Source: Carcharhinus amblyrhynchos
Taxonomy: Eukaryota
Assembly (NCBI GenBank): GCA_965287045.1
Contig: OZ336880.1
Coordinates: 41,044,001-41,108,000 of the forward strand
Length of the DNA: 64,000 nucleotides
Direction of reading: 5' to 3'
Shown here in pieces: positions 37,801 to 50,749 of the stretch; position 1 is the stretch's first letter, and every line of letters starts with the position of its first letter. Position numbers and translations under genes: made by a program. Under the pieces are notes generated by a model. The model had not been told where the DNA came from. It saw nothing but the letters and a program-made list of their open reading frames with translations, and ran no database searches.

Positions 37801-40800
37801 GGATTAACTGAAGATGCAAAATATGAATTTAGAGCAATTGCAAGAAATGCAGCTGGTATTTTCAGTGAACCATCTGAAAGCACTGGACCAATTACAGCAA
37901 GAGATGAAATTGAAGCTCCAACAGCTTCAATGGACCCTAAGTACAAAGATGTCATCGTTGTTAATGCAGGGGACACGTTTGCACTTGAGGCTGATATTCA
38001 TGGTAAACCTGTACCGGATGTAACATGGATCAAAGATGGCAAAGATGTTGAAGCAAATGTTGCTAGAATGGAAACTAAAACTACCATTCAGAAAACTAGT
38101 CTGACTGTCAAGGACTGTATTCGAATTGATGGTGGACACTATGTACTTCAACTGAGTAATGTAGGTGGAACAAAATCTATTCCAATAACTGTTAAGGTCC
38201 TTGACAGGCCTGGTCCTCCTGATGGTTTGACAGTTTCAGGTGTAACTGCGGAAAAATGCTACTTGGCTTGGAATCCTCCTTCTCAGGATGGTGGTGCCAA
38301 TATTTCTCACTACATAATAGAAAAGAGAGAAACCTCCCGACTTTCATGGACACAAGTAGCAATTGATGTACAAGCTATCAGTCACAAAGTAACTAAACTC
38401 CTTTCAGGTAACGAGTATATATTCCGTGTCATGGCAGTAAACAAATATGGAATTGGTGAACCACTGGAATCTGACCCAGTGTTGGCTAAAAACCCATACC
38501 ATACACCAAGTGCACCAACGGTGCCTGAGGTTACAGCTATTACCAAAGATTCTATGGTTGTGACATGGGGGCACCCTGAAGATGATGGTGGAAGTGAAAT
38601 TGAAGGTTATATACTAGAGAAGCGAGACAAAGATGGAATCAGGTGGACCAAATGCAACAAAAAGAGGCTGAGTGATTTAAGGTTTAGAGCTACTGGTTTA
38701 ACTGAAGGTCACTTCTATGAATTCCGTGTATCTGCTGAAAATGCTGCAGGTGTGGGTGAACCAAGTGAACCATCCATTTTCTACAGAGCTTGTGATGTAG
38801 TCTATCCTCCTGGTCCACCAAGCAATCCAAGGGTGATAGACACAACAAGATCCACAGTAGCCCTTCTGTGGGGCAAGCCAATTTATGACGGTGGGGCTAA
38901 AATTAAGGGTTACACTGTCGAGGTGAATGAAGTGAACACTGACAGCTGGATCACATGCACACCTCCAACAGGTGTGCAATCAACACATTTCACAGTAGAA
39001 AACTTGAAGGAGAACATTGAGTATAACGTTCGCGTCTGTGCTATTAATTCAGAAGGAGTAGGAGAACCTGCCAATATCTCTGGGACAGTAATTGCAGCTG
39101 ATAAGCTTGAGCCACCAGAAATTGAGCTAGATGCTAATCTCCGGAAGGTTGTGTCCGTACGTGCCAGTGGTACTTTGAGATTATTTGTCCCTATTAAAGG
39201 CAGACCAGAGCCAGAAGTAAAATGGGAAAAAGCTGAAGGTACTCTAAGTGAACGAGCCCAGATTGAAGTTACAAGCTCTTACACCATGCTGGTTATAGAT
39301 AATGTCAACAGATTTCACAGTGGCAAGTATAATTTGACGTTGGAAAATAACAGTGGTGTTAAATCTGCCTTTGTTAATGTCAGAGTACTTGATTCACCAA
39401 GTGCTCCTGTGAACCTACACATAAAAGAAGTGAAGAAAGATTCAGTGACTGTATCATGGGAACCACCTCTTATTGATGGTGGGGCAAAGATCACCAATTA
39501 CATTGTTGAAAAACGTGAATCTACCAGAAAGGCTTACGCTGCTGTTACCAACAACTGTATTAAAAACACATTCAAAATTGATTCACTTCAAGAAGGTAGT
39601 ATTTATTTCTTCCGTGTAATGGCAGTTAATGAGTTTGGAATAGGCTTGGCAGCAGAGACTGCTGAGCCTGTCAAAGCATCTGAGGCCCCCTTACCTCCTG
39701 GCAAAGTGACACTGGTGGATATAACACGAAATAGTGCAACACTTACCTGGGAGAAACCTGAGCATGATGGAGGTAGCAAAATAACTTCGTACATTGTCCA
39801 AATGCAGACAAAGGGAAGCGAAAAATGGCTTTCATGTGCCCAGGTGAAAACATTAGAAGCAACAGTGAAAGGACTTACCGCAGGTGAGGAATACACCTTT
39901 AGTGTAATCGCTGTGAATGAAAAAGGAAAGAGTGACCCAAGGCAGTTGGGAGTACCAGTGGTTGCAAAAGATGTCGAAATTGAGCCCTCTGTTGAACTTC
40001 TATTCAACAATTTTAGTGTAAAGGCTGGTGATGACCTCAAGATTGATATACCATTTAGGGGAAGACCTTTGCCGACTGTGACTTGGAAGAAAGATGGGGA
40101 GTCTTTGAAACAGACAACACGAATAAATATTCAGACATCAAAGACATCAACACTTCTTACCATCAAGGATGCCATAAAAGAAGATGTTGGAAAATATGAA
40201 GTAACTTTTTCAAATAGTGTAGGATCAAAAACTATCTTAATTACCATTATTGTTCTTGACAAACCTGGACCACCTAGTTCCATTCATATCGATGAAGTCA
40301 GTTCTGAATATATAACTCTCTCTTGGAAAGCACCAGAGTATGATGGTGGTTGCCAAATTAACAATTACATTGTTGAAAAGAGAGATACCACTACAACTAC
40401 ATGGGAAACTGTATCTGCCACTGTAGCACGAACATCAATTAAAGTCATACACCTTACAGCAAAATGCGAATACCAGTTCCGTGTTTATGCGGAAAACCGA
40501 TACGGCAAGAGTCACTATATTGACTCTCCCGCTGTTGTTGCAGAGTATCCATTTAAACCACCTGGTCCTCCTTCAACTCCCATTGTTGCACATGCTACAA
40601 AAGGTTTTATGATTGTAAAGTGGAATGAACCAGTTGTTGATGGAGGTTCCAAAATCATAGGCTACCACCTTGAATGCAAAGAAAGAAGCAATATCTTGTG
40701 GACAAAGGTCAATCGGGCTCCTATAACTGACACAAAAATGAAAGTAACCGGCCTTGAAGAAGGACTGGCATATGAATATCGTGTGTATGCTGAAAACATT

Positions 40801-42916
40801 GCTGGTATTGGTAGACACAGTAAGGTTTGTGAACCTGTTGCAGCAAGGGACCCCTGTGATCCTCCAGGTCAACCTGAAGTAACATACATTACAAGAACCT
40901 CTGTTTCGTTATCTTGGACCAAGCCGGAATATGATGGTGGTGCTAAAGTTACTGGTTATGTTATTGAATCTAAGGAGCTGCCTGATGGACGCTGGCTTAA
41001 GTGTAATTTTACTAATGTCCAGGAAACATATTTTGATGTTACTGGTCTGACTGAAGATCAACGTTATGAATTCCATGTTATTGCAAAGAATGCTGCAGGG
41101 TTATTCAGTGAACCGTCTGATTCAACAGGGCCCATTACTGTTAAGGATGATATGGAAGCCCCAAGAATTATGATAGATGCCAAATTTAGAGAGATTGTTA
41201 TTAAGGCAGGTGAGACTGTCAAGGTTAATGCAGATATTGCGGGTCGTCCTCTTCCAGTGATATCATGGACAAAGGATGGTAAAGAGCTTGAAGGACAAGC
41301 TAGAGTTGAAATCCAATCAACTGACACCAACACTGCAATTATTATTAAGGACTGTATTAGGCAAGATTCAGGGCAATATATTGTGACATTGCAGAATGTT
41401 GCAGGTACAAGATCCCTGGCTATTAACTGCAAGGTACTTGATAGACCAGGCCCACCCGCTGGTCCTTTGGAAATAACTGGTTGTACAGCTGAAAAGTGTT
41501 CACTGTCATGGGCACCTCCTCAAGAAAATGGAGGAGCAGAAATCGATCACTATATTGTAGAAAAGCGTGAAACAAGTCGCCTTGCTTGGACTTGTGTAAC
41601 AGAAAACGTACCAACGACATCATGTAAAGTGACTAAACTGCTTAAAGGTAATGAGTATATTTTCAGAGTGATGGGAGTGAACAAGTATGGAGTTGGTGAA
41701 GCTTTAGAGAGTGAACCTATAAAAGCCATTGATCCATTCACAATTCCTGATGCACCAAAATCAATAGAAATTACCAATGTTACAAAGAATACCATGACCA
41801 TCTGCTGGGAAAGACCTGACAATGATGGCGGGAATCCAATTTCTGGATATATAATTGAGAAGCGAGAAAAGAATGGTTTACGCTGGACTCGAGTTACTAA
41901 GAAACCTGTGTATGATCTAAGAGTTAAAGCATCAGGGCTCCGTGAAGGTGCTGACTATGAATATCGTGTACATGCAGAAAATGCTGCTGGTGTTGGTCCT
42001 CCAAGTGAACCATCAGCATTTGTCCGTGCAGAAGATCCAGTTTTCATACCTTCTCCTCCATCCAAACCAAAAATTATTGATTCTGCAAAGACCAGCATTA
42101 CTATTGCCTGGACAAGGCCATTGTTTGATGGTGGAGCACCTGTCACTGGATACAATGTGGAATATAAAAATTCTGAAGATACTGAATGGACAACAGCAGT
42201 TCAGAATTTAAGAGGCACAGAATACACAGTACTTGGACTTACATCTGGAGCAGAGTATGTTTTCTGTGTACGATCAGTTAACAAAGTTGGTGTTAGTGAA
42301 CCAAGTCAATCATCTGACCCACAGATTGCAAAAGAAAGAGAAGAGGAACCTGCATTTGATGTTGATAACGAAATGCGCAAAACTTTAATTGTCAAGGCTG
42401 GAAGTTCCTTTACGCTACCTGTGTCTTTTAGGGGAAAACCAGTGCCCAATGTAATGTGGAGCAAACCTGATGTCGACCTCCGTGTAAGAGGAACTATCGA
42501 TACTAGTGATTCATGTACCTCCTTAACAATAGAAAAAGCAACAAGGAATGACTGTGGTAAATACACAGTAACACTGCAGAATGTCCTAGCTACTGCCACA
42601 CTAACATTAGCTGTCAAGGTCCTGGATTCACCTGGACCTCCTGGCCCTATTATTATAAAAGAAGTTACCAAGGCATCTGTAACGTTGTCCTGGGATGTAC
42701 CAGAAAATGAAGGCGGTGCTCCAGTGAAGAATTATCATATTGAAAAACATGAAGCTAGTAAGAAGGCATGGGTCACTGTAACAAACAACTGTAACCGTCT
42801 TACTTACAAAGTTAGCAACTTACAAGAAGGCGCCATTTACTACTTCCGTGTCCGGGGTGAAAATGAGTTTGGCATTGGTGTACCAGTTGAGAGCAAGGAA
42901 GGCGTTAAAGTGACAG
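25814..42916 (+). CDS. TTN: Titin giant exon (~ex326, about domains A64-A121; super-repeats C3-C7 plus flanks)
   Basis: CAG acceptor, VPGPPSNP...EGVKVT, donor GTAATT; 17,103 nt uninterrupted frame with ~3.25-kb periodicity. Confidence 0.97.
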
Positions 42917-43360
42917 GTAATTTATCAATTTCTTACAATCTTTTGAACATTTAATAATTAATTATGAACTATAATACTTTGCCATGTTGCAAAACATAGT
43001 GTTCATATTCTTCACATTATATCACAGCATTAGTAACAGAGCTTTACATAATTTCCTAAGGGTTATGTGTTAGCAATTTCAGCTCAGGCTTTTATATAGC
43101 GATAAAGAAAAAGGCCTCTTTTTCCTCTTGACTCCACAGTAATGTTATATCAAATTTTTGTTTTAAAAACTATTGGCAATCGTTGCTAGGTGCCAGTGGC
43201 TGCTGAATAATCCTGGGTGGAGCAATTCTGGCACAGGTTCACTTGTGTCATGTCCAATTTTTCAAAGGGAGCTTGATCCAGCAATTAATAAATCTCATTT
43301 ATATTTGTCAGGGGCCTAAAATAGTTTTTGACAGAGACATTTGAAATGAAGTTTGATGCG

Positions 43361-43583
43361 TAGAAACCACAGAATCCTGAAAGTGAAGGAGACCATTCAG
43401 CCCATCGATTCTGCATGATTCATCATGATTCTCTGAAAGAGCATTTTACCCAAGCCCAACCCCCGCACCTATCCCCGTAACCCTGTACATTTACGATGGC
43501 TTATTCACCTAACCTACAGATCTTTGGATACTAAGGGGCAATATGGCATGGCCAATCCACTGGATCTGCACATCTTTGCACTG
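43361..43583 (-). mobile_element. 3' half of an HE1-type SINE
   Basis: CCATTCAGCCCATCGA..CTGCA, CCTATCCCCGTAACCC and CATGGCCAATCCAC...CTGCACATCTTTG are reverse-complement matches to the 3' part of the SINE at 22227. Confidence 0.8.
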
Positions 43584-44067
43584 GGTTGGATGTTATTTAG
43601 GTTGGAATTAATATTCAGAAAGTGAGGTCTACTTTTTATCTCATGATGCTATAGAATGTGGGACATAGAGTTTCTCTTCTCATTCTGATTTAATTAACTC
43701 TCAATCTTGACCAGTTCATTTGGTGTAGACATCATGTGAATGAGGGGCGCATCCAAAAGTGGAAAAACAAATATCTGCGAGTTTGTCAACCAGTTTTTTG
43801 TGAAATTTGTAGAAGTATAAAAATATTGAACACCAAGGAACATGTTTTCTGTTTGTGCTCTGAAATTGGGCATGTTTTATGGTTTGGAAAAATTAGGAAG
43901 GAAACCAAAGGAAATAACATAGAAGATAAAAATGAGAGAACTGTGTTAAGCATTCTACTTGTAAATTATTATATTATCGGCATTCTTAATTTAGGCATAG
44001 TATGATAAAATCTGGAAACTGCACCTGAAATTGACAGGCTAAGAAGTAATATTATTTATTTTTCCAG

Positions 44068-44364
44068 AAAAACCAAGTACACCTGAACGACTTGGAGTTA
44101 CAAATGTTACCAAAGAGAGTGTTTCACTTGCTTGGTTGAAACCAGAACATGATGGAGGCAGTAGGATCACAAGCTACCTCATAGAAGCCCTTGAAAAAGG
44201 CCAGCAAAAATGGATTAAATGTGCAATTGTGAAGACCACACACCATGTTATACATGGTTTGAAGGAAAATGTTGACTATTTCTTCAGAGTATCTGCTGAA
44301 AATCAAGCCGGCCTAAGTGATCCAAAGGAAATGCTTCTGCCAGTAACAATTAAAGAACAACTTG
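44068..44364 (+). CDS. TTN: Titin exon (~ex327, FN3 A122)
   Basis: CAG acceptor, EKPSTPERL...IKEQL, donor GTTAGT; 297 nt. Confidence 0.95.
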
Positions 44365-44509
44365 GTTAGTATTATTTATATTATAGTAATGACATTCTGT
44401 CAGACAAGCAGCTATAATTTACATGACTGGCCATTTTTTCATTTATTGCAGTTTAAGCTTTACAATTCATTTACAAAACCAAAACTGATATTTTTAAAAT
44501 TTATTTCAG

Positions 44510-45097
44510 AGTCACCTGAAATTGACATGAAGAACTTTCCACACAACACTGTGTACGTTAGGGCTGGATCCAACCTAAAATTTGAAGTCCCAATATTTGG
44601 CAAGCCACAACCAAAAGTATCTTTGTCCAAAGATGGTGTACCTGTGAAGTCAACCATGAGATTTAACACAGAAATGACTTCGGAAAGCATGATCGTGAAC
44701 CTGAAAGAAAGTGTTGCTGGTGACGCTGGTCGGTACGACATTACTGCTGCCAACTCCAGTGGAACCACAAAATCATTTGTTAATATTGTGGTGCTGGATA
44801 GACCTGGACCTCCAGTGGGCCCTGTAAATATTACTGATGTTACTGAAGATAGCGTAACGCTAAGATGGCAACCACCAACTTATGATGGTGGCAGTCAGGT
44901 AACAAATTACATTGTTTTGAAAAGAGAAACAAGCACTGCTGTGTGGTCAGAAGTGTCTGCTACTGCAGCCAGAAGCATAATCAAAGTTATGAAGCTGACT
45001 ACTGGAGAGGAGTATCAGTTCCGCATCAAAGCTGAGAACCGCTTTGGAATCAGTGACCACATCGACTCTAAATGCGTTGTAGTCAAACTACCATACA
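44510..45097 (+). CDS. TTN: Titin exon (~ex328, Ig A123 + FN3 A124)
   Basis: CAG acceptor, ESPEIDMKNFP...VKLPY, donor GTAAGT; 588 nt. Confidence 0.95.
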
Positions 45098-45197
45098 GTA
45101 AGTAACTTATTGAGCAATAAAATGAAATTGAATACAGCAAAAAAAACATTATTCATTTTATCGATTCACTATTCACACAGTTAACTGTATTTTCCAG

Positions 45198-45500
45198 CAA
45201 CACCTGGACCTCCATCAACTCCATGGGTCACTCATGTCACCAGAGAGAGTATAACTGTAGGCTGGAATGAGCCAGTTTCTGATGGTGGAAACCAAGTGAT
45301 TGGATATCATGTGGAGATGAAAGACAGGAACAGCATTTTGTGGCAGAAAGTTAATAAGACCATTGTCCGGACAACACACTTGAAGGTCACAAATATCAGT
45401 GGTGGACTTATCTATGAATTCCGTATATATGCAGAAAATGCCGCAGGCGTTGGCAAAGTCAGCCATCCTTCTGATCAAGTTCTTGCAATTGATCCTTGTG
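45198..45500 (+). CDS. TTN: Titin exon (~ex329, FN3 A125)
   Basis: CAG acceptor, TTPGPPSTP...AIDPC, donor GTATGT; 303 nt. Confidence 0.95.
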
Positions 45501-45628
45501 GTATGTATTCACTTAAATTGCCCTTAACTTCTATTTAAACAAAAGTAGAATTGAATTATTGCTTAGATTAAGCCACTATTTGCATATATGATCAAATAAT
45601 TACATTTTAATTCATGTTCATTTCTCAG

Positions 45629-45925
45629 AAATTCCAACAAATCTACATGTAAAAGATGTTACAAAGACCTCCGTAAGCCTCAGTTGGAAAAAACCGGCCT
45701 ATGATGGTGGAAGCAAAATCACTGGCTATATTGTTGAAAAACGCGATTTGCCAAATGGAAGATGGACAAAGGCCAGCTTTACAAATGTTATTGAGACTCA
45801 GTTTACTGTCTCAGGCTTGACTCAAGATGCAAAGTATGAGTTCCGAGTATTTGCAAAGAATGCAATTGGTTCAATAAGTAATCCATCTGAAGTTGTTGGA
45901 CCTGTGATATGCCACGATACCTTTG
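45629..45925 (+). CDS. TTN: Titin exon (~ex330, FN3 A126)
   Basis: CAG acceptor, EIPTNLHV...CHDTF, donor GTAACT; 297 nt. Confidence 0.94.
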
Positions 45926-46023
45926 GTAACTATTTCTTTCTGACCATAATGTATCTACACATGAAGAATTATTTTGTGTGTAGGGCTTCTATTGATATCA
46001 CTGTTGTTAATTTTGATTCATAG

Positions 46024-46311
46024 GTGCACCTGAAATTGACATGCCAATGGAATATTTAGATGTGGTCAAAGTTAAGGCTGATACATCTCTGAAGATTAAA
46101 GTTGGAATCTCTGGCAAGCCTCTACCATCCATTGATTGGTACAAAAATGGTAAAGAACTTGAGACAAGCTCTCAAATCTCCTTGGAAAGCACAACTGACT
46201 CTGCAGCAGTAATAATCAAGGATGCCTCTCGGATCAACAGCGGAACCTATGAAATCAAGCTTAAAAATGCCTTGGGCTCAGCATCAGGAACAATCAGACT
46301 ACTCGTACTCG
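46024..46311 (+). CDS. TTN: Titin exon (~ex331, Ig A127)
   Basis: TAG acceptor, GAPEIDMP...RLLVL, donor GTACGG; 288 nt. Confidence 0.95.
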
Positions 46312-46399
46312 GTACGGTCTTGTGTGCTGATAAATTGAAGGCTTTTTTCCAATTGTACATTTTTCAGAAATTACTTGACACATTTCCTCTGTTTCACAG

Positions 46400-46699
46400 A
46401 CAAACCTGGACCCCCAATTGGGCCTATACAATTCAAGACTGTTACAGCTGAGAAGATTACAATCACATGGACTGCTCCAACAGATGATGGTGGTGCACCG
46501 ATCATGCACTATATTGTTGAAAAACGTGAGACAAGTCGAGTTGTCTGGACTCTCGTTTCAGAGAAGTTGGAACATTCTATCATTACAGTACGAAATATCA
46601 TCAAAGGCAATGAATATGTGTTCCGTGTCCGAGGTGTCAACAAGTATGGTATTGGTGATCCATTGGAATCTGATGCAGTCATTGCTAAGAATGCATTTG
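46400..46699 (+). CDS. TTN: Titin exon (~ex332, FN3 A128)
   Basis: CAG acceptor, DKPGPPIGP...AKNAF, donor GTAAGA; 300 nt. Confidence 0.95.
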
Positions 46700-46784
46700 G
46701 TAAGATAACAACACTACTTTGTCCACTGGATGCTCTTCCTAATTGCTGCATGAAGGATAATTTTTAAACTTCTCTTTTCAATAG

Positions 46785-47087
46785 TTACACCCGGGCAGCC
46801 ATCCATGCCTGAAGCTACCATGATAACGAAAGAGACAATGACTATCATCTGGAAGAGGCCCACTGTTGATGGCGGCAGTGAAATCAATGGCTATATCTTG
46901 GAAAAACGTGAGAAAAAGAGTCTGCGATGGTTTAAGGTCCTTAAGGAAGCAATCCGTGACACCAGACAAAAGGTTTCTGGCCTTACAGAAGGAAATGAGT
47001 ATCAGTACCGTGTGTGTTCTCTTAATGCAGCAGGAGCAGGCCCATTCTCTGAACCTTCTGAATTCTATAAAGCTGCTGATCCAATTG
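46785..47087 (+). CDS. TTN: Titin exon (~ex333, FN3 A129)
   Basis: TAG acceptor, VTPGQPSMP...AADPI, donor GTATGT; 303 nt. Confidence 0.95.
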
Positions 47088-47189
47088 GTATGTAACAGTA
47101 ATATGAAACGTTGAAATTTTGCGAACTTTAAGTAATTGGCAACAATGCTTTACATGATCATACATTAAAATTTTCATTTTATTTTGCAG

Positions 47190-47495
47190 ACCAACCTGGT
47201 CAACCGACTAAACTGAAGATTGTGGATAGTACTAAATCTTCCATCACTCTTGGCTGGACCAAACCTGTCTACGATGGTGGAAGCGTAATTACAAGCTATC
47301 TAGTGGAAATGAGGGAAGCTGAAGAAGAGCAATGGACAGTAGTTACTTCTAAGGGTGAAGTCAGAACCACAGAATATGTTGTGTCCCATTTAAAACATGG
47401 TGTAAACTACTACTTCCGTGTCAGCGCTGTTAACATTGCTGGTCATGGAGAACCAATTGAAATGGCAGAACCTGTACAAGCTAAAGATATACTCG
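47190..47495 (+). CDS. TTN: Titin exon (~ex334, FN3 A130)
   Basis: CAG acceptor, DQPGQPTKL...AKDIL, donor GTAAGT; 306 nt. Confidence 0.95.
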
Positions 47496-47535
47496 GTAAG
47501 TTTACGATATTTAGAATGCATTGGAAAAGAAATAC

Positions 47536-47561
47536 ATATATATATATATATACACACACAC
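47536..47561. repeat. Compound (AT)n(AC)n microsatellite in a 122-nt intron
   Basis: ATATATATATATATATACACACACAC. Confidence 0.9.
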
Positions 47562-47617
47562 TCATAAATAAAGGATATTTCCTAATATATGTATATATGA
47601 TCATTTATATTCTGCAG

Positions 47618-49384
47618 AAGAGCCAGAGATCGATCTTGATGTTGCACTCAGAACTTCTATAACAGCAAAGACCGGTGAAGATGTAGAAATTATGATACCT
47701 TTCAAAGGCCGTCCTACTCCAAATGTCATCTGGAGAAAGGGTGAGAAAAATATAAATGCTGACGAAAGATATGTCATCCACAACACCGAGTCATCTACAG
47801 TTCTCACTATTCCTGAGGTCACCCGTGAAGATTCCAGCAAGTACACTTTGACAATTGAAAATGGTGTTGGAGCACCCAAGTCAGCATTTGTAAATGTAAA
47901 AGTCCTTGCTTCTCCAGGACCTTGTCAGAAATTACATATTAAGCATGTAACCAGAGGCATTGTCACGTTAGTTTGGGAGCCACCTCTTATTAATGGCGGT
48001 GCTCAAATTACCAATTATGTCATTGAAAAAAGGGATGCAACAAAGAGAGCCTGGTCAAGTGTTACAACGAAATGTTCCAGCACAACATTCAAGATTACCA
48101 AGTTGTCAGAAAAGAACGCATTCTTTTTCCGGGTACTAGCAGAGAATGAAAATGGATTGGGTGAACCATGTGAAACTTCAGAAGCAGTGAAAGCCACAGA
48201 GGTACCAGGACCAATCAAAAATCTTGTGATGAAAGACTCAACAAAATCTTCTGTTGTGTTAGAATGGAGCAAACCTGACTATGATGGAGGTAGTCTAATT
48301 ACAGAATATGTAATTGAAAAGAAATTAAAAGAAGATCAAGAATGGTCACCTGCTGGAACTTGCAAGGCCTGCATATTTGAAATTACCAAATTAAAGGAGT
48401 TAGCAGTAATGGAATTCCGGGTGTTCGCTAAAAACGAAAAGGGATTAAGTGATGGTGTTACCAGTAACCCTATCACTGTGAAAGATTATGTCATTACACC
48501 TGAAGTAGACTTAAGTGACATACCAGGAGGACAAATAAGTGTAAGAATTGGACACAATGTACATGTTGAACTGCCATACAAAGGTAAACCACGACCAAGT
48601 ATCAAATGGCAGAAAGATAATATTGCATTAAAAGAAAGTGAACAAATCCGGTACACTAAAACAGAAAACAAAGCCATATTAAGTATTAAGAATGTTAAGA
48701 AAGAACATGGTGGGAAGTACACCTTAATTCTGGATAATGCAGTTTCCAGAAAGTCGTACAGCTTTACAGTAATTACATTGGGTCCTCCATCAAAGCCTAT
48801 AGGACCAATTAGATTTGATGAAATCAAATCTGAAAGTATCATAATATCATGGGATGCTCCTCAAGATGATGGAGGAAGTGAGGTTACATCGTACAGTGTT
48901 GAAAAACGTGAAACTTCACAAACCAATTGGAAACTGGTCTGTTCTAGTGTGGCCAAAACAACCTTTAAGGTCCTCAAACTGGTTAAAGATTTAGAGTACC
49001 AATTTAGAGTTTGTGCTGAAAATAGATATGGAGTAAGTCAGCCACTTACCTCAGTGGCTGTTTTGGCAAAACATCAATTCAGGCTTCCTGGACCACCTGG
49101 AAGACCTGTTGTATACAATATTACTTCTGATGGTATGACAATCTCATGGGATGCACCAGTGTATGATGGAGGTTCAGAAATCACCGGTTATCATGTTGAG
49201 AAGAAAGAAAGAAACAGCATCTTATGGCAAAAAGTAAATACATTGACAATTACTGGCAGAGAATACAGAATTTCAGGACTTATTGAGGGCCTGGACTATC
49301 AATTCCGAGTTTATTCTGAAAATAGTGTTGGATTGAGCCCCGTTAGTGAGGCAAGCAAATTCACTTTGGCTGTCTCACCAGTTG
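47618..49384 (+). CDS. TTN: Titin exon (~ex335, A131-A136; start of C9)
   Basis: CAG(AAG) tandem acceptor, EEPEIDLDVALR...AVSPV, donor GTAAGT; 1767 nt. Confidence 0.95.
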
Positions 49385-49492
49385 GTAAGTAACTTATTTT
49401 TGTAAAGTGTAATACTGAATTCATCTTTGTGTTTACTTCTTTGTGCATCAGACCATGAAAGGTAATATTGATTATTTGTATACTTCCATCAG

Positions 49493-49786
49493 ATCCACCT
49501 GGTATGCCAGATTATATTGATCTGACAAGAGAAACTGTAACACTTAAGTGGGATCCACCACAACGTGATGGTGGAAGCAAGATTGTGGCTTATAGTGTTG
49601 AAAAGCGACAAGGAGGTGGACGTTGGCTGCGGTGCAACTTTATTGATATTTCTGAATGCCAATATACAGTATCAGGACTCAGCCCTGGTGATCGTTATGA
49701 ATTCCGTATAATTGCTAGGAATGCGGTTGGAACAGTCAGTCCACCTTCTCAATCATCAGGACACATCATGACAAGAGATGAAAGCA
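49493..49786 (+). CDS. TTN: Titin exon (~ex336, FN3 A137)
   Basis: CAG acceptor, DPPGMPDY...TRDES, donor GTAAGT; 294 nt. Confidence 0.95.
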
Positions 49787-49904
49787 GTAAGTACTGAAAA
49801 AAGAACCTAACTATTTTGTATACGTGATAGTAGATATTTATTATGTCTTTGAAGTTTTACTTAGTCAGTTTAACTTAGTAATTATTTAACACATCCTTTT
49901 ACAG

Positions 49905-50192
49905 TTGCACCAACAATTGAATTTGGTGCTGAACACTTCGAAGGTGTGACAGTAAAAGCTGGTGACAGCATCCGGCTCAAGGTGCATATTAAAGGCCGTC
50001 CCCTGCCTCAGGTGACCTGGTATAAAGATGGAAAGGAAATTGACAAGAAATTGATGATTGATATCACGAATGTTATTGGGTCTAGTTCTGCCTTCGTTAG
50101 AGACAGCAATCGAGATCATCGTGGTATATACACTGTGGAAGCCAAGAATGCTTCAGGCACCAAGACAGCTGATATTCATATCAGAGTTCAAG
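49905..50192 (+). CDS. TTN: Titin exon (~ex337, Ig A138)
   Basis: CAG acceptor, IAPTIEFGAE...IRVQ, donor GTATTT; 288 nt. Confidence 0.94.
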
Positions 50193-50325
50193 GTATTTTG
50201 AGGAAATTGACAGCTTGAAAACCTACTCTAAATTTTCGAAAGTTTATTTACTATTCTTGGTAATACAATTATTTTGGTTCTTGTTAGATCACTTGCACGT
50301 CTCTAACACTTCTGGTTTTATTTAG

Positions 50326-50625
50326 ATACCCCTGGACCACCGGTAGGACCTATTCGATTTAGCAACATTACAGGCGAGAAACTTACATTGTGGTGGATTC
50401 CCCCCGATAATGATGGCTGTGCTGTTATTAGTCATTACATGATTGAGAAACGAGAGACCAGTCGACTTTCTTGGGCATTGGTCAATGATACATGTGAAGC
50501 CTGCTCATACACCGTCACCAAACTGATTAAGGGGAATGAGTACCAGTTCCGTGTCTCGGCTGTCAACAAATTTGGCACTGGCAGACCAATAGATTCAGTG
50601 CCAGTTATTGCACAGACACCGTACA
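50326..50625 (+). CDS. TTN: Titin exon (~ex338, FN3 A139)
   Basis: TAG acceptor, DTPGPPVGP...AQTPY, donor GTACGT; 300 nt. Confidence 0.95.
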
Positions 50626-50749
50626 GTACGTGTGTTTCACAATTTATAATTTATATTTGTTAAGAGTTTTCCTCACATTTTTGTCAAACTTTTGCTGGTT
50701 ATAACTTATCAAACCAGTCCTAATTAGATAACTTTTTTTTGTTTCACAG

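Noticed and set aside
26016-42671. Many minus-strand and off-frame ORFs of 60-190 aa within the giant exon and other exons
   Set aside because: Shadow ORFs caused by titin codon bias; they recur at equivalent positions of each super-repeat and show no independent domain or splice structure.
43100-43240. Short hairpin GAAAAAG-GCCT-CTTTTTC and an RFX-like GTTGCTAGG after the giant exon
   Set aside because: Too short and incomplete to distinguish from chance without conservation data.
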